A DNA stretch of 64,000 bases from Frankia alni. GTDB lineage: Bacteria; Actinomycetota; Actinomycetes; Frankiales; Frankiaceae. Shown in pieces: positions 36,184 through 45,505 of the stretch (positions are counted from its first letter, which is position 1; each line of letters starts with the position of its first letter). A program made the translations under genes and the position numbers. The stretch covers positions 32,938-96,937 of the forward strand of contig JAMFSN010000116.1 of NCBI GenBank assembly GCA_026225295.1, in the 5' to 3' direction. The notes under the pieces are model-generated. The model was not told where the DNA came from and did no database searches. It saw only the letters and a list, made by a program, of their open reading frames with translations.

Positions 36184-37404
36184 ATGCTCGTCCCGATGAT
36201 GTTCGCCGTCCCGATGATGTTCGCGCCCGGCCGGTCGGTTTCCCGGCCCTGGTCGATGATCGTCCTGGCCGCCGCCCTGACGGTAGCGACCGCCGGCTGC
36301 GCCTCAGGCCACGGCCCGGCGTCCCCCGCCTCCGCGACCGGTGGGAGTGGGGTGCGCCCGTCCGCCGCCGGGGTGAGGAACGTCCGGGCGGCCGGCGACG
36401 CGCCGCGGGACCGGGGGAACGGCGGGACCGCGGGCGGAACGACCGGCGGATCGGTGGTCACGTCGGGAGACGCCACCCCGGGGGTGACCATCCGGCTCGT
36501 GTCGCCCCGCGCCCCGTCGCCGACGATCGGGCGGCCGGGGTGGCCGAACGTGGTGGCCGTGGCGCCCCGGGTCCGGCCCAACGGGCAGCTGTTCCTCTTC
36601 CTGCCCGGCACCGCCGCGCCGCCCGGCGACTACCGCCTGGTGGTCGCCCAGGCCGCCCTGCTCGGCTACCGGGCGATCGGGCTGACCTATCCGAACCAGC
36701 GGTCGGTCGGCGACCGCTGCCAGGCCGATCCGGCCTGCTACGGGCCGGTGCGCCAGAACATCCTGACCGGCCAGTCGACCTCCAGCCGGATCGCGACGCG
36801 CCCCGCGAACGCCATCGAACACCGGCTCGGCGTGCTGCTGAGCTACCTGGCCGCCCGCTACCCGGACGAGGGCTGGCAGCGCTTTGTGGCCGCCGACGCG
36901 CCGATCTGGTCCCGGATGGTGGTCGCCGGCCATTCCCAGGGCGGCGGCGAGGCCGCCTACATCGGGAAGGTGCGTCGGGTGTCGGGGGTCGTGATGTTCT
37001 CGGCCCCGGTGGACGCCACCACCGGACCGGTGGCCCGGCCCGCGACCTGGCTCAGCCGGCCAGGTCTCACCCCGCTCGACCGTTACCGGGGGCTGGCCGA
37101 CCCGGACGACGGCTACTACGCCCGCATCCGGGCCAGCTGGACCGGGCTCGGCCTGGACCGGTTCGGTCAGCCGGTGACGGTGACCGGGGCGGTCCCGCTC
37201 GGCGGCCCGGCCGAGCTGATCATCGCCCCGACGCCCGGAACCCCTCCGCTCGCGGCCCACAACGCCACCGTCGCCGACCTCGCGGTAACCCGGTGCCCGG
37301 GGGGCGCGCCACTGCTGGCCCCGGTCTGGCGCCACCTCCTGCGGTCCGCCGGCGGCCTGGCCCCGGATACCGCCGGGACCGAACCGCCGGGCTGCCCGGC
37401 CTGA
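36184..37404 (+). CDS. secreted lipoprotein, alpha/beta-hydrolase-like
   Basis: Lipobox LTVATAGC. Nucleophile-elbow-like VAGHSQGGG. No precise family recognised. Confidence 0.7.
   Translation: MLVPMMFAVPMMFAPGRSVSRPWSMIVLAAALTVATAGCASGHGPASPASATGGSGVRPSAAGVRNVRAAGDAPRDRGNGGTAGGTTGGSVVTSGDATPGVTIRLVSPRAPSPTIGRPGWPNVVAVAPRVRPNGQLFLFLPGTAAPPGDYRLVVAQAALLGYRAIGLTYPNQRSVGDRCQADPACYGPVRQNILTGQSTSSRIATRPANAIEHRLGVLLSYLAARYPDEGWQRFVAADAPIWSRMVVAGHSQGGGEAAYIGKVRRVSGVVMFSAPVDATTGPVARPATWLSRPGLTPLDRYRGLADPDDGYYARIRASWTGLGLDRFGQPVTVTGAVPLGGPAELIIAPTPGTPPLAAHNATVADLAVTRCPGGAPLLAPVWRHLLRSAGGLAPDTAGTEPPGCPA
36190..36225 (+). repeat. 18-bp tandem duplication in the first codons of the lipoprotein gene
   Basis: gtcccgatgatgttcgcc / gtcccgatgatgttcgcg, giving VPMMFA VPMMFA. 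Confidence 0.9.
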
Positions 37405-37511
37405 CGTGTCGACCTGGACGCGCCGGGCCGGACGGGGCGCGGGCGGCTGGAACCGCCGCCGGCTCCGTAGACTTCCGGTCACCTGTTACCGGCTGACGAG
37501 GACGTTTCCGC

Positions 37512-38708
37512 GTGCGCGTGCTGTTGTTGGAAGGCATCCATCCCGATGCGGTCACGATCCTGGAGGCCGCCGGGGCGACCGTCGAGACCGTCGGTCGGGC
37601 CCTCGACGAGCCGGCCCTCATCGCCGCCCTCGACGGCGTCCAGCTCCTCGGGATCCGGTCGAAGACCGAAGTGACCGAGGCCGTGCTGGCCGAGGCCCAC
37701 GACCTGCTGGCCATCGGTGCGTTCTCGATCGGGACCAACCAGATCGACCTGGACGCGGCCGGGGCCCGGGGCATCGCGGTGTTCAACGCGCCGTTCTCCA
37801 ACACCCGCAGCGTGGTCGACCTGGCGCTGGCCGAGATCATCGCGATGACCCGCCGACTGACCCAGAAAAACGCCGACATGCACGCCGGGGTCTGGGACAA
37901 GTCGGCCGAGGGCGCTCACGAGATCCGCGGCCGCAATCTCGGGATCGTGGGCTACGGCAACATCGGCGCCCAACTGTCGGTGCTGGCCGAGTCGTTGGGG
38001 ATGCGGGTCCTGTTCTACGACACCGAGGACAAGCTGGCCCTGGGCAACGCCCGCCGGTGTGACACCCTTGATGACCTGCTCGAGACCGCCGACGTCGTCA
38101 CGCTGCACGTCGACGGGCGCCGGGGCAACAGCGGGATGTTCGGGGCGGCCCAGTTCGCCCGGATGCGGCCCGGCGCCATCTTCCTGAACCTGTCGCGCGG
38201 GTTCGTGGTCGACCATCGGGCTTTGCGGGAGCACATCGTGACCGGGCACCTGAGCGGCGCGGCGGTCGACGTCTTCCCGCACGAGCCGGCCGGGCGCGGC
38301 GACGAGTTCGTCTCCGAGTTGCGGGGCCTGCCCAACGTCATCCTCACCCCGCACATCGGGGGGTCCACCGAGGAGGCTCAGCACGGCATCGGCCGGTACG
38401 TGGCCGGCAAGCTGCGCGACTACTGCCGGCACGGCAGCACCGCCATGAGCGTGAACCTGCCGCACCTGGCCCTGCCGGCCCGGCCCGGCGGCCGGCGCAT
38501 CGCCCACCTGCACCGCAACGTGCCCGGGGTCCTCGCGAAGATCAACAGCCTGCTGGCCGAGCACAAGGTCAACATCGACCGGCAACTGCTCGAGACCCGG
38601 GGGGAGTACGGCTACGTGCTGACCGATGTGGGCGTCGACTACCCGCCCGAGGTCATCGGTTCGCTGGCCGGCATGGAGGAGACCGTGCGGGTCAGGCTGG
38701 TCGGATGA
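37512..38708 (+). CDS. serA: D-3-phosphoglycerate dehydrogenase, short E. coli-like type with ACT domain
   Basis: VLLLEGIH, GIVGYGNIGAQL, LHVDG, TPHIGGSTEEAQ, then an ACT-like tail HRNVPGVLAKINSLLAEHKVNI. 398 aa. Confidence 0.9.
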   Translation: MRVLLLEGIHPDAVTILEAAGATVETVGRALDEPALIAALDGVQLLGIRSKTEVTEAVLAEAHDLLAIGAFSIGTNQIDLDAAGARGIAVFNAPFSNTRSVVDLALAEIIAMTRRLTQKNADMHAGVWDKSAEGAHEIRGRNLGIVGYGNIGAQLSVLAESLGMRVLFYDTEDKLALGNARRCDTLDDLLETADVVTLHVDGRRGNSGMFGAAQFARMRPGAIFLNLSRGFVVDHRALREHIVTGHLSGAAVDVFPHEPAGRGDEFVSELRGLPNVILTPHIGGSTEEAQHGIGRYVAGKLRDYCRHGSTAMSVNLPHLALPARPGGRRIAHLHRNVPGVLAKINSLLAEHKVNIDRQLLETRGEYGYVLTDVGVDYPPEVIGSLAGMEETVRVRLVG

Positions 38709-40111
38709 GCGGTTCCCCGAGCCGCGAAGGATGTCCGGTGAGCGATCCGGCCGGCTCCCTCGAGGACGAGCTGCGCGCGGTCGTCACCGACGCGCACCTG
38801 CTGACCGACCCGTCCGTGGTCGCGTCCTACGAGACCGACTGGACCGGTCGTTTCCACGGCCGGGCCCGCTGCGTCGTGCGCCCCGTCGACACCGGGCAGG
38901 TGGCCGGCGTGCTGACCGCGGCGGCCCGCGAAAAGGCGGGAGTCAGCATCCAGGGCGGGAACACGGGCCTGGTCGGCGGGAGCGTCCCGGCCGACGGCAC
39001 CATCCTGCTGAGCACGGCCCGCCTGACCTCGCTGGAGCCCGTCGACGTGGTGGCCGGGCAGGTCACCGTGGGCGCCGGGGTGACCCTGTCGGCCCTGCAG
39101 CGCCACGTGCGGCCGGCCGGGTTCGACTTCGGCGTCGACTTCGCGGCCCGTGAGTCGTGCACGCTGGGGGGAATGGTGGCGACCAACGCCGGCGGCGAGC
39201 GGGTCCTGCGGTACGGCACCACCCGGAGCCAGGTGCTCGGGGTCGAAGCGGTGCTCGCCGACGGGTCGGTCATCAGCCGGCTGGGTGGGCTGCCCAAGGA
39301 CAACACCGGGTACGACGTCGCGTCGCTGCTGGCCGGCAGTGAAGGCACCCTCGGCGTCCTGACCCGACTGCGGCTGCGGCTGGTGCCCCTGCTGACCGGC
39401 CGCGCGGTCGCCCTGGTCGCGGTGGACGACACCGCCGGCGCGCTCACGCTGGTGCGGCACGTCCGCGACCGGCTGGCCTCGCTCGAGGCGGCCGAGCTGT
39501 TCTTCGCCGACGGCCTGGCCCTGGTCCGGGGAGCCACCGGGATGTCGGACCCGTTCCCCGAACCGCATCCGGCCTACGTCGTGCTGGAATGCGCCGGCCG
39601 GACCGAACCGCTCGACGACCTGCTCGAAGCCCTCGCGGCCTGCGAGGCGGTCCGGGACGCGACGGTGGCCACCGACGTCCGGGGTCGGCACACCCTGTGG
39701 GCGTACCGGGAGTCGCACACCGAGTCGATCAATGCCGCCGGGGTACCGGTCAAGCTCGACGTGGCGGTGCCCCTGACCAGCCTGCCGGCCGTCGTCGCCG
39801 ATCTGCCGGCCACGATCGCCGGGGCCTCCCCGACCGCCCGGATGATCCTGTTCGGCCACGTCAACGAAGGCAACCTGCACGTCAACGTGCTCGACGCCGG
39901 ACGCGACGCGGAGGCCGTCACCGACGCCGTCCTGCGCCTGGTGGCGTCCCACGGCGGGAGTATCAGCGCCGAGCACGGGATCGGGCGGGCCAAGCGGCCG
40001 TGGCTGTCGCTGTCGCGGTCGACCGCCGAAATCGCCATGATGCGGGCCATCCGCTACGGCCTCGACCCGGCCGGGCGGCTCAACCCCGGCGTCCTGTTCG
40101 ACCCGGCCTGA
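38705..40111 (+). CDS. FAD-linked oxidase (GlcD / D-2-hydroxyacid dehydrogenase family)
   Basis: SIQGGNTGLVGGSVP and GTLGVLT lie in the FAD-binding PCMH domain; C-terminal GGSISAEHGIG. Its ATG overlaps the serA stop (ATGA at 38705-38708). Confidence 0.85.
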   Translation: MSGSPSREGCPVSDPAGSLEDELRAVVTDAHLLTDPSVVASYETDWTGRFHGRARCVVRPVDTGQVAGVLTAAAREKAGVSIQGGNTGLVGGSVPADGTILLSTARLTSLEPVDVVAGQVTVGAGVTLSALQRHVRPAGFDFGVDFAARESCTLGGMVATNAGGERVLRYGTTRSQVLGVEAVLADGSVISRLGGLPKDNTGYDVASLLAGSEGTLGVLTRLRLRLVPLLTGRAVALVAVDDTAGALTLVRHVRDRLASLEAAELFFADGLALVRGATGMSDPFPEPHPAYVVLECAGRTEPLDDLLEALAACEAVRDATVATDVRGRHTLWAYRESHTESINAAGVPVKLDVAVPLTSLPAVVADLPATIAGASPTARMILFGHVNEGNLHVNVLDAGRDAEAVTDAVLRLVASHGGSISAEHGIGRAKRPWLSLSRSTAEIAMMRAIRYGLDPAGRLNPGVLFDPA

Positions 40112-40190
40112 TCTCGGTCGGCCCGGCCGGTATGGGCGGAGACGGTCGGCCCGAAGGGGGGTTTCGGGCCGACCGCCGGTCGGGACCTCG

Positions 40191-41930
40191 TTACGCGGTC
40201 TGGCCCGCTGCCCTCAGCTGGGCCAGTTCCTCGGTGACCAGGCGTTCGTGCTCCTCGTTGTCCAGCCGGGCCTTCTTCGGGCTCCAGCGGCCGGTCATCA
40301 GGAAAGTGAACGGGATGAACAGCAGCTGGCAGGCGAAGCAGATCCACCACCAGATCCGCCACTGGCGCGGCGCATCCTTCGCGGCCTTCTGAACCGACGG
40401 CGCGTTGTTCTGCAGGTAGATCAGGTCCGCCTTCGGAACCTTGCTGACCGCAACCAGCCGGGTCAGGGCGACCGGCGGGGTCACGTGCTGCCCGGCGGCG
40501 ATCTCGGTGAGCGCCTTGGCTACCGCGGCGTTGTCGGGCGGGGTCCTGGCGATTCCGGTCTTCGTGACCGGGTCCACCGTCGCGAGGGTCGCGATCTCCG
40601 GCGCGTACCTGGCGGCCAGCGTCTGGACCTGCGTGCCCTTGGCGACCAGGGTGTTGGTCGCAGGCATGATCGTGGCCAGCGCGACCAAGGCGACGGCGAT
40701 GACGATCCGGATGACCCAGCCCCAGATGGCGAGGCCCGTGGCGATGGCCGCCGGGTTGTAATCCTCGACCGTCTCGGTGAACGACGCCATCCAGGGCGCG
40801 TAGGCCATGCCACCGCCGACGGAGGTGATCAGGAAGATGACCGCGAAGGTGTGGTAACCCGTGCCGGTGTCGCTGGCTTTGACCGCGAAGGCGGCCGTGC
40901 CCGCCGCGCTGATCAGCGCGCCGAGGACCATGAACGGCTTACGGACCTTCAACCGGTCGGAAATGATTCCGACGGTGACCAGCGCCACGGCGTTGGCGAT
41001 CCAGTACCAGTTGGCCAGACTGTTGGCCCGCCCCTCGGAGTACCCGAAGTTGGTCGCGAAGTACACGACCAGGAAGCCGACCAGCGTGAAGTAGAGCAGC
41101 AGGAAGATGCTGATCGCGAACGCGGAACCGACGACGTTGACGTGCAGCAACTGCCGCAGCGACGGCCGGGCCAGATCCTTCTCCGGGTCCAGGCCGCGGG
41201 CCTTGGCCTCCACCAGCGTCCGGTCGCGCATGCTGACCATGAGCTGGCCGCGTAGCGCCGGCGACAGTTCGCGCAGGCCGACCAGGGCGATGACGAAGAC
41301 GACCAGGCCGGCGGCGCCGGCGTACCGGAACTGGGTCTGCCAAGCCGGATGCGACGCCAAGGTGTGGCTCGACACCTCCGTGACGACCAGGCTGCCGATC
41401 ACCGGTCCGAGCGTCCAGAAACCCATGGCCGACGCGCGGCCCAGCTGCGGGGAGAAGTCCCGCACGAGGGCCGGCGTGGCGACCAGAATAATGCCTTCCA
41501 CGGCGCTGATCAGGCTCAGCAGTACCATATAGGCCCATTTGTCGCCGGCGTTCGGGATTCCGAAAAAGACGAGCAGGCCGGTAGTCAGCAGACCGTAGGT
41601 GACCAGGTTGGCCCGCCCGTACCGGTCGGCCAGACCGGCGAACAGGGAACCGAACGCGCCGACCGCGCCACCCGCGACCGAGACGTAGATAAAGAACGTG
41701 AGCGACATGTTGTAGTGCCGCAGGACCGACGTCGCGACCGCGCCCTGGATGTAGAGCTGGTAATACAGGACGATCGCGGTGACCACCACGATGGCCAGGC
41801 AAAGACTGCGCGGGCCGGTGTCCGGATAATGGGCCAGTTCACGGTCCCACAGCCCGCGCAGGGGCGAGCGCCTAGGTAATGTCGGGGGCCCCGCTGTTTC
41901 GCGGCTGCCGTCGGTCGACGTCTGACTCAC
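40191..41930 (-). CDS. MFS transporter with C-terminal extension
   Basis: 579 aa. GSLFAGLADRYGRANL motif, 12 or more TM segments, plus an extra domain and TM at the C-terminus. Confidence 0.85.
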   Translation of the reverse strand: MSQTSTDGSRETAGPPTLPRRSPLRGLWDRELAHYPDTGPRSLCLAIVVVTAIVLYYQLYIQGAVATSVLRHYNMSLTFFIYVSVAGGAVGAFGSLFAGLADRYGRANLVTYGLLTTGLLVFFGIPNAGDKWAYMVLLSLISAVEGIILVATPALVRDFSPQLGRASAMGFWTLGPVIGSLVVTEVSSHTLASHPAWQTQFRYAGAAGLVVFVIALVGLRELSPALRGQLMVSMRDRTLVEAKARGLDPEKDLARPSLRQLLHVNVVGSAFAISIFLLLYFTLVGFLVVYFATNFGYSEGRANSLANWYWIANAVALVTVGIISDRLKVRKPFMVLGALISAAGTAAFAVKASDTGTGYHTFAVIFLITSVGGGMAYAPWMASFTETVEDYNPAAIATGLAIWGWVIRIVIAVALVALATIMPATNTLVAKGTQVQTLAARYAPEIATLATVDPVTKTGIARTPPDNAAVAKALTEIAAGQHVTPPVALTRLVAVSKVPKADLIYLQNNAPSVQKAAKDAPRQWRIWWWICFACQLLFIPFTFLMTGRWSPKKARLDNEEHERLVTEELAQLRAAGQTA

Positions 41931-42017
41931 GGGTGCGTTCCTTTCCTTCGCGCGAGGACAGCGCCGCGCGGCCGGCTTCGTGCCGCTGGGGGGACCTCAC
42001 TCGAGCCCCGGCCGGCA

Positions 42018-42031
42018 TGAACGGACGTTCA
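42018..42031. promoter_or_regulatory. palindrome TGAACGgaCGTTCA, candidate TetR operator (MFS side)
   Basis: Perfect 6+6 inverted repeat, 88 nt upstream of the MFS start at 41930. Confidence 0.45.
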
Positions 42032-42230
42032 CTTGGCAGGGAAGGATGGGCGCGCCCCGGCCGGACGTCAAGTGACCTCCTCCCCGACGCGCTGACCAGC
42101 GAGGCAGCGGTCGGCTGGCCCTGACCGGGCCCCCCGCGTGGGACCGGGTCGGCGACCAGGCGTGACCCGGCCACCGGGGCCTGGCTTGACATCCGCGTCG
42201 GGCGAGGTGGAGATTGCCCGTGGGCACGTG

Positions 42231-42244
42231 TGAACGTTTGTTCA
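42231..42244. promoter_or_regulatory. palindrome TGAACGttTGTTCA, candidate TetR operator (tetR side)
   Basis: Same motif as 42018-42031 with one mismatch, about 90 nt upstream of the TetR ATG at 42334. Confidence 0.45.
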
Positions 42245-42333
42245 TGGTCGCGAAGGATCGTGCCGCCCGGCGCGCCCGCCGCTGGCCAACCGGATTGTCG
42301 CTTCCCTTTACAGTAGAAGCGAGGCGGACGGGA

Positions 42334-43086
42334 ATGGTGGGCCGGATGCAGCACGACCCGGGGGCCGAAGCTCCGGCGGTATCAGAGTCGGCCGCGAGGT
42401 TGCTCGATGGGGCGTTGGAGCTGTTCTTCGAACAGGGTGCCCGAGCGACAACCGTCCGCCAGATCACCAGTTCGTGCGGGCTCACGCCCGGCGCGTTCTA
42501 CAACCACTTCGAGTCCAAGGAAGAGCTGCTCTACCAGCTCATCCGGACCAGTCACGACCGGTTGGAGCGCAGCGTCTCGGTCGCCCAGGCGGCCGCGGAC
42601 GGGGAACCGGCCGCCGAGCTGGACGCCATCATCCGGGTTTACGTCGAACGGCACGCCCGGCGCCGCAAGAGCGCGCGGATCGCCACCCGCGACTACATCG
42701 TCCTGACCGGCGACCTGTACGAGGAGATCGTCGCCGTGCGGCGCCGCCTTCGCGAGCGACTGATCGACGTCGTCCAGGCCGGGCAACGTCAGGGCGTCTT
42801 CCGGCTCGCGACGGGTGTGGACGCCGCGCCCACCCTGACGGCGGTGGCCCTGCTGGACATGTGCATCCAGGTGGCGGAGTGGTACCACGAGGGCCATGGG
42901 ATGAGCCCGGAGGATCTGGCCAGCCACTACATCCGGCTGGCGCGGCGCATGGTCGGGGTTGCCGAGCAGGATGACGAGCCCGCCGCCGGGCCCGGCCCGT
43001 CGGCCCGGCGCGGCGCCCCCGTGAACGGCCACCGCAATGGTGACGCGGACCCCTCGGCGCACATCAGGGAGCGGCTCGCCGAGTAG
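42334..43086 (+). CDS. TetR/AcrR family transcriptional regulator
   Basis: LLDGALELFFEQGARATTVRQITSSCGLTPGAFYNHFESKEELL is a TetR HTH. ATG at 42334, alternative at 42346. Confidence 0.85.
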   Translation: MVGRMQHDPGAEAPAVSESAARLLDGALELFFEQGARATTVRQITSSCGLTPGAFYNHFESKEELLYQLIRTSHDRLERSVSVAQAAADGEPAAELDAIIRVYVERHARRRKSARIATRDYIVLTGDLYEEIVAVRRRLRERLIDVVQAGQRQGVFRLATGVDAAPTLTAVALLDMCIQVAEWYHEGHGMSPEDLASHYIRLARRMVGVAEQDDEPAAGPGPSARRGAPVNGHRNGDADPSAHIRERLAE

Positions 43087-43299
43087 GCGGTTACCAGCGC
43101 GATACATTCCGGTGTCTGTTTCCCGGGCCATTATCAACGGACTCACGACTCGCCGGTGGACAATCCGCTCGGTAGTTCAGCCCCCGCCCAGGTCATTACA
43201 CCAAAGTGCCGAGATGTTTCCGACGCTTTACCGGCCCACGCTCCTTCTCTATGGTCTGCGATGAGGAGGGGCGATGCACCGGACCAACGGAGGTTGGGC

Positions 43300-44181
43300 A
43301 TGGTAAGAATTCCCAGGGTCGCCAGCAGCTATCGGCGAATGCGCGGCCAGACCCTCGGGATCGGCGTTCTCGCCGTTTCGCTGACGGCGGGCGTCGCGGG
43401 TTTCGCGGCAGCTCCGGCCGCCGCGGCGACCACCAGCTGCACGAGTTACCAGCTGGTGATGTCTCGGGGTACCGGCGAGCCGCAAGGCAATGAATTCCTG
43501 GTTCTCGGGCCCACGGCCACAAAGGTCCAGGCCGCAACTCCCGGCGGCTCGGTCTACAACGTCGTCTATCCGGCCGGCGTTGACTATATCAATGGTCCGG
43601 TCCAGGGCGGCAACGACATTAAGAAGCACCTCGCGGCGCAGGTCGCGGCGTGCCCGAACCAGCGCTTCGTCCTGGGCGGCTACTCCGAAGGGGCCATGAC
43701 GATCTTCAGTGCTCTGAAGACCCTCCCGGCCACGACCAAGCCGAAGATCTCGGCGATCGTGCTGTTCGGTGACCCGTACTACCAGTCGAACAAGTCCTGG
43801 GACGCGGCCGGCAACGCCAAGGGCAACTTCAGCGGGGTTGCGGCCCTGCTGGGCGCGGGAAGCCCATTCCCGTCGTACGCGAGCCTGATTCAGGACTACT
43901 GCGCTCCGAGCGACCTGGTGTGTGGCAGTGGGGCCAGCATCGTCGGGCACCTCAGCTACAGCTCGAAGGTCACGGCCGCGGCGACCTTCATCGAGGGCAA
44001 GCTGTCCGGCCAGACCGCGACCGCGGCGGTGGCTCCGGCGACAACGGCCGCCGTGGCCGCCGCACCGAGCGCTGCTTCGGCGGCCACGGCGAAGAACGCT
44101 GGCTCCGGCTTTGACTTCTCGTCGCTGCTGACGGCACTGTTCGGCGCGAGCAACCTGAAGTTGGGCAGCCTGTTCGGCTGA
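43300..44181 (+). CDS. cutinase family secreted esterase with Ala-rich C-terminal tail
   Basis: Signal peptide, CTSYQLVMSRGTGEP, GGYSEGA (nucleophile elbow), DLVC and GHLSY. ggagg RBS before the ATG at 43300. Confidence 0.8.
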   Translation: MVRIPRVASSYRRMRGQTLGIGVLAVSLTAGVAGFAAAPAAAATTSCTSYQLVMSRGTGEPQGNEFLVLGPTATKVQAATPGGSVYNVVYPAGVDYINGPVQGGNDIKKHLAAQVAACPNQRFVLGGYSEGAMTIFSALKTLPATTKPKISAIVLFGDPYYQSNKSWDAAGNAKGNFSGVAALLGAGSPFPSYASLIQDYCAPSDLVCGSGASIVGHLSYSSKVTAAATFIEGKLSGQTATAAVAPATTAAVAAAPSAASAATAKNAGSGFDFSSLLTALFGASNLKLGSLFG

Positions 44182-44198
44182 GCCAACCGCTCGTCCTG

Positions 44199-44243
44199 AG
44201 GGGCGTGGGCCACCGGACGGTGGTCGACGCCCCTTCGGGCGTC
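44199..44243 (+). terminator. GC-rich hairpins downstream of the cutinase gene
   Basis: aggggcgt (44199-44206) pairs with acgcccct (44227-44234). An overlapping alternative is gacgccc-cttc-gggcgtc (44226-44243). Confidence 0.45.
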
Positions 44244-44305
44244 CGGAGCACCGGCGGGCCCGCGCCACAGGGTCGACCAGCCGCGATGTTCTACACTACG
44301 TAGTT

Positions 44306-45505
44306 GTGACTGGTGCGCCCCGGACGCCAGGAAACCGACCCTTCAGGCGCGGATCTTCACCGCGCCGTACCGTCCGGCGGGTCATCGCCCGGTGCGCCGC
44401 CCGGTACGCGGCCCGGTGCGCGGTGACGGTGGCCGCCGCCGGGGTGGCGGTGATCTCCACGGCCGGCGCGGCCTCGGCCCACACGGTCTCCGGAGCTGGG
44501 GCCTCGAACTACCGGACGTCGCTGACCTCGCTCACCCCGACCGTGCCCGGCCTGACGCTGACCGTGGTCGAGAACGGCAGCCGCCTGCGACTGACCAACG
44601 CGACCCGCACCGACGTGGTCGTTCTGGGCTACCAGGGGGAGCCGTACCTGCGGGTCGGACCGGACGGCGTGTTCACCAACACCCGCTCGACGGCCACCTA
44701 CCTCAACGCGACCCGGTCGGGCGGCACCGCCGTCCCGGCCACGGCCAACGACCAGGCCCGGCCGGTCTGGCGGCGGACCGCCGCCGCGCCCCGGGCCGGG
44801 ACTCCGGCCACGGCTGTCTGGCACGACCACCGCACGCACTGGATGTCCCCGGCCCGGCCGCCGGCCGTCGCCGCCGACCCCGGGGCACGCCGCCAGATCT
44901 TCACCTGGCAGGTCTCGTTCCGGTACGGCACCCGACCGGTCACCGCTCGCGGCGACCTGGAGTGGATCCCGGGGCCGGCGCCGGCTCCCTGGGTCGCGCT
45001 GGCCCTCGCCACCGCGGCGGTGACCATCGGCCTGGCCGTCGGCCGGCGGGCGTTCCGCCCCGGCCTCGCGGCGGCCCTGTTCGTCCTGACCGTGGCCGAC
45101 GCGACCCATTCGGCCGGCATCGCGGCCGATCGCGCCGGTCCGACCGGCGCCCGGTGGGCCGGCTTCGTCACCGGCAACAGCATCCAGCTCGTCGCCTGGG
45201 CGATCGGGCTGGTGACCGTGATCGCGCTGGTCCGCCGCGGGATCGGTGCGCTGTGGGTGGCCGGCATGGTCGGTGCGGTCCTCGCGCTGGCCGACGGGTT
45301 GCCCGACGCCGGGGTCCTGTACCACTCGTCCGCGCCGTTCGCCTGGTCGCTGTCGATCGCCCGGACGTTGACCGCGCTGACGGTCGGACTCGGGTTCGGT
45401 CTGCTGGCCGCCGCCGCCGTCGCGCTGCGGCGCCACGACCGACCGGAGCGCCACCCGGAGCCGGTCGCCGACGGGCCGGTCGCGGACCTTCCGGTGGCCC
45501 CGTGA
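44306..45505 (+). CDS. uncharacterised membrane protein (exported N-terminal domain plus about 5 TM) upstream of CopC-CopD
   Basis: Signal ...ISTAGAASA|HTVSG, about 200-aa extracytoplasmic domain with WHDHRTHW, then hydrophobic helices. Its stop overlaps the next start (GTGA at 45502-45505). Confidence 0.7.
   Translation: MTGAPRTPGNRPFRRGSSPRRTVRRVIARCAARYAARCAVTVAAAGVAVISTAGAASAHTVSGAGASNYRTSLTSLTPTVPGLTLTVVENGSRLRLTNATRTDVVVLGYQGEPYLRVGPDGVFTNTRSTATYLNATRSGGTAVPATANDQARPVWRRTAAAPRAGTPATAVWHDHRTHWMSPARPPAVAADPGARRQIFTWQVSFRYGTRPVTARGDLEWIPGPAPAPWVALALATAAVTIGLAVGRRAFRPGLAAALFVLTVADATHSAGIAADRAGPTGARWAGFVTGNSIQLVAWAIGLVTVIALVRRGIGALWVAGMVGAVLALADGLPDAGVLYHSSAPFAWSLSIARTLTALTVGLGFGLLAAAAVALRRHDRPERHPEPVADGPVADLPVAP

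Noticed and set aside
43180-43260. tRNA-like string gctcggtagttcagc in the cutinase upstream region.
   Set aside because: No acceptor stem, anticodon arm or GTTCRANNC T-loop can be built around it.
44392-45501. N-terminal 370 codons of the 935-aa track ORF that leads into CopC-CopD.
   Set aside because: This part is Arg/Gly/Pro junk overlapping the real 44306-45505 gene in another frame. A signal peptide and the CopC domain begin at GTG 45502.
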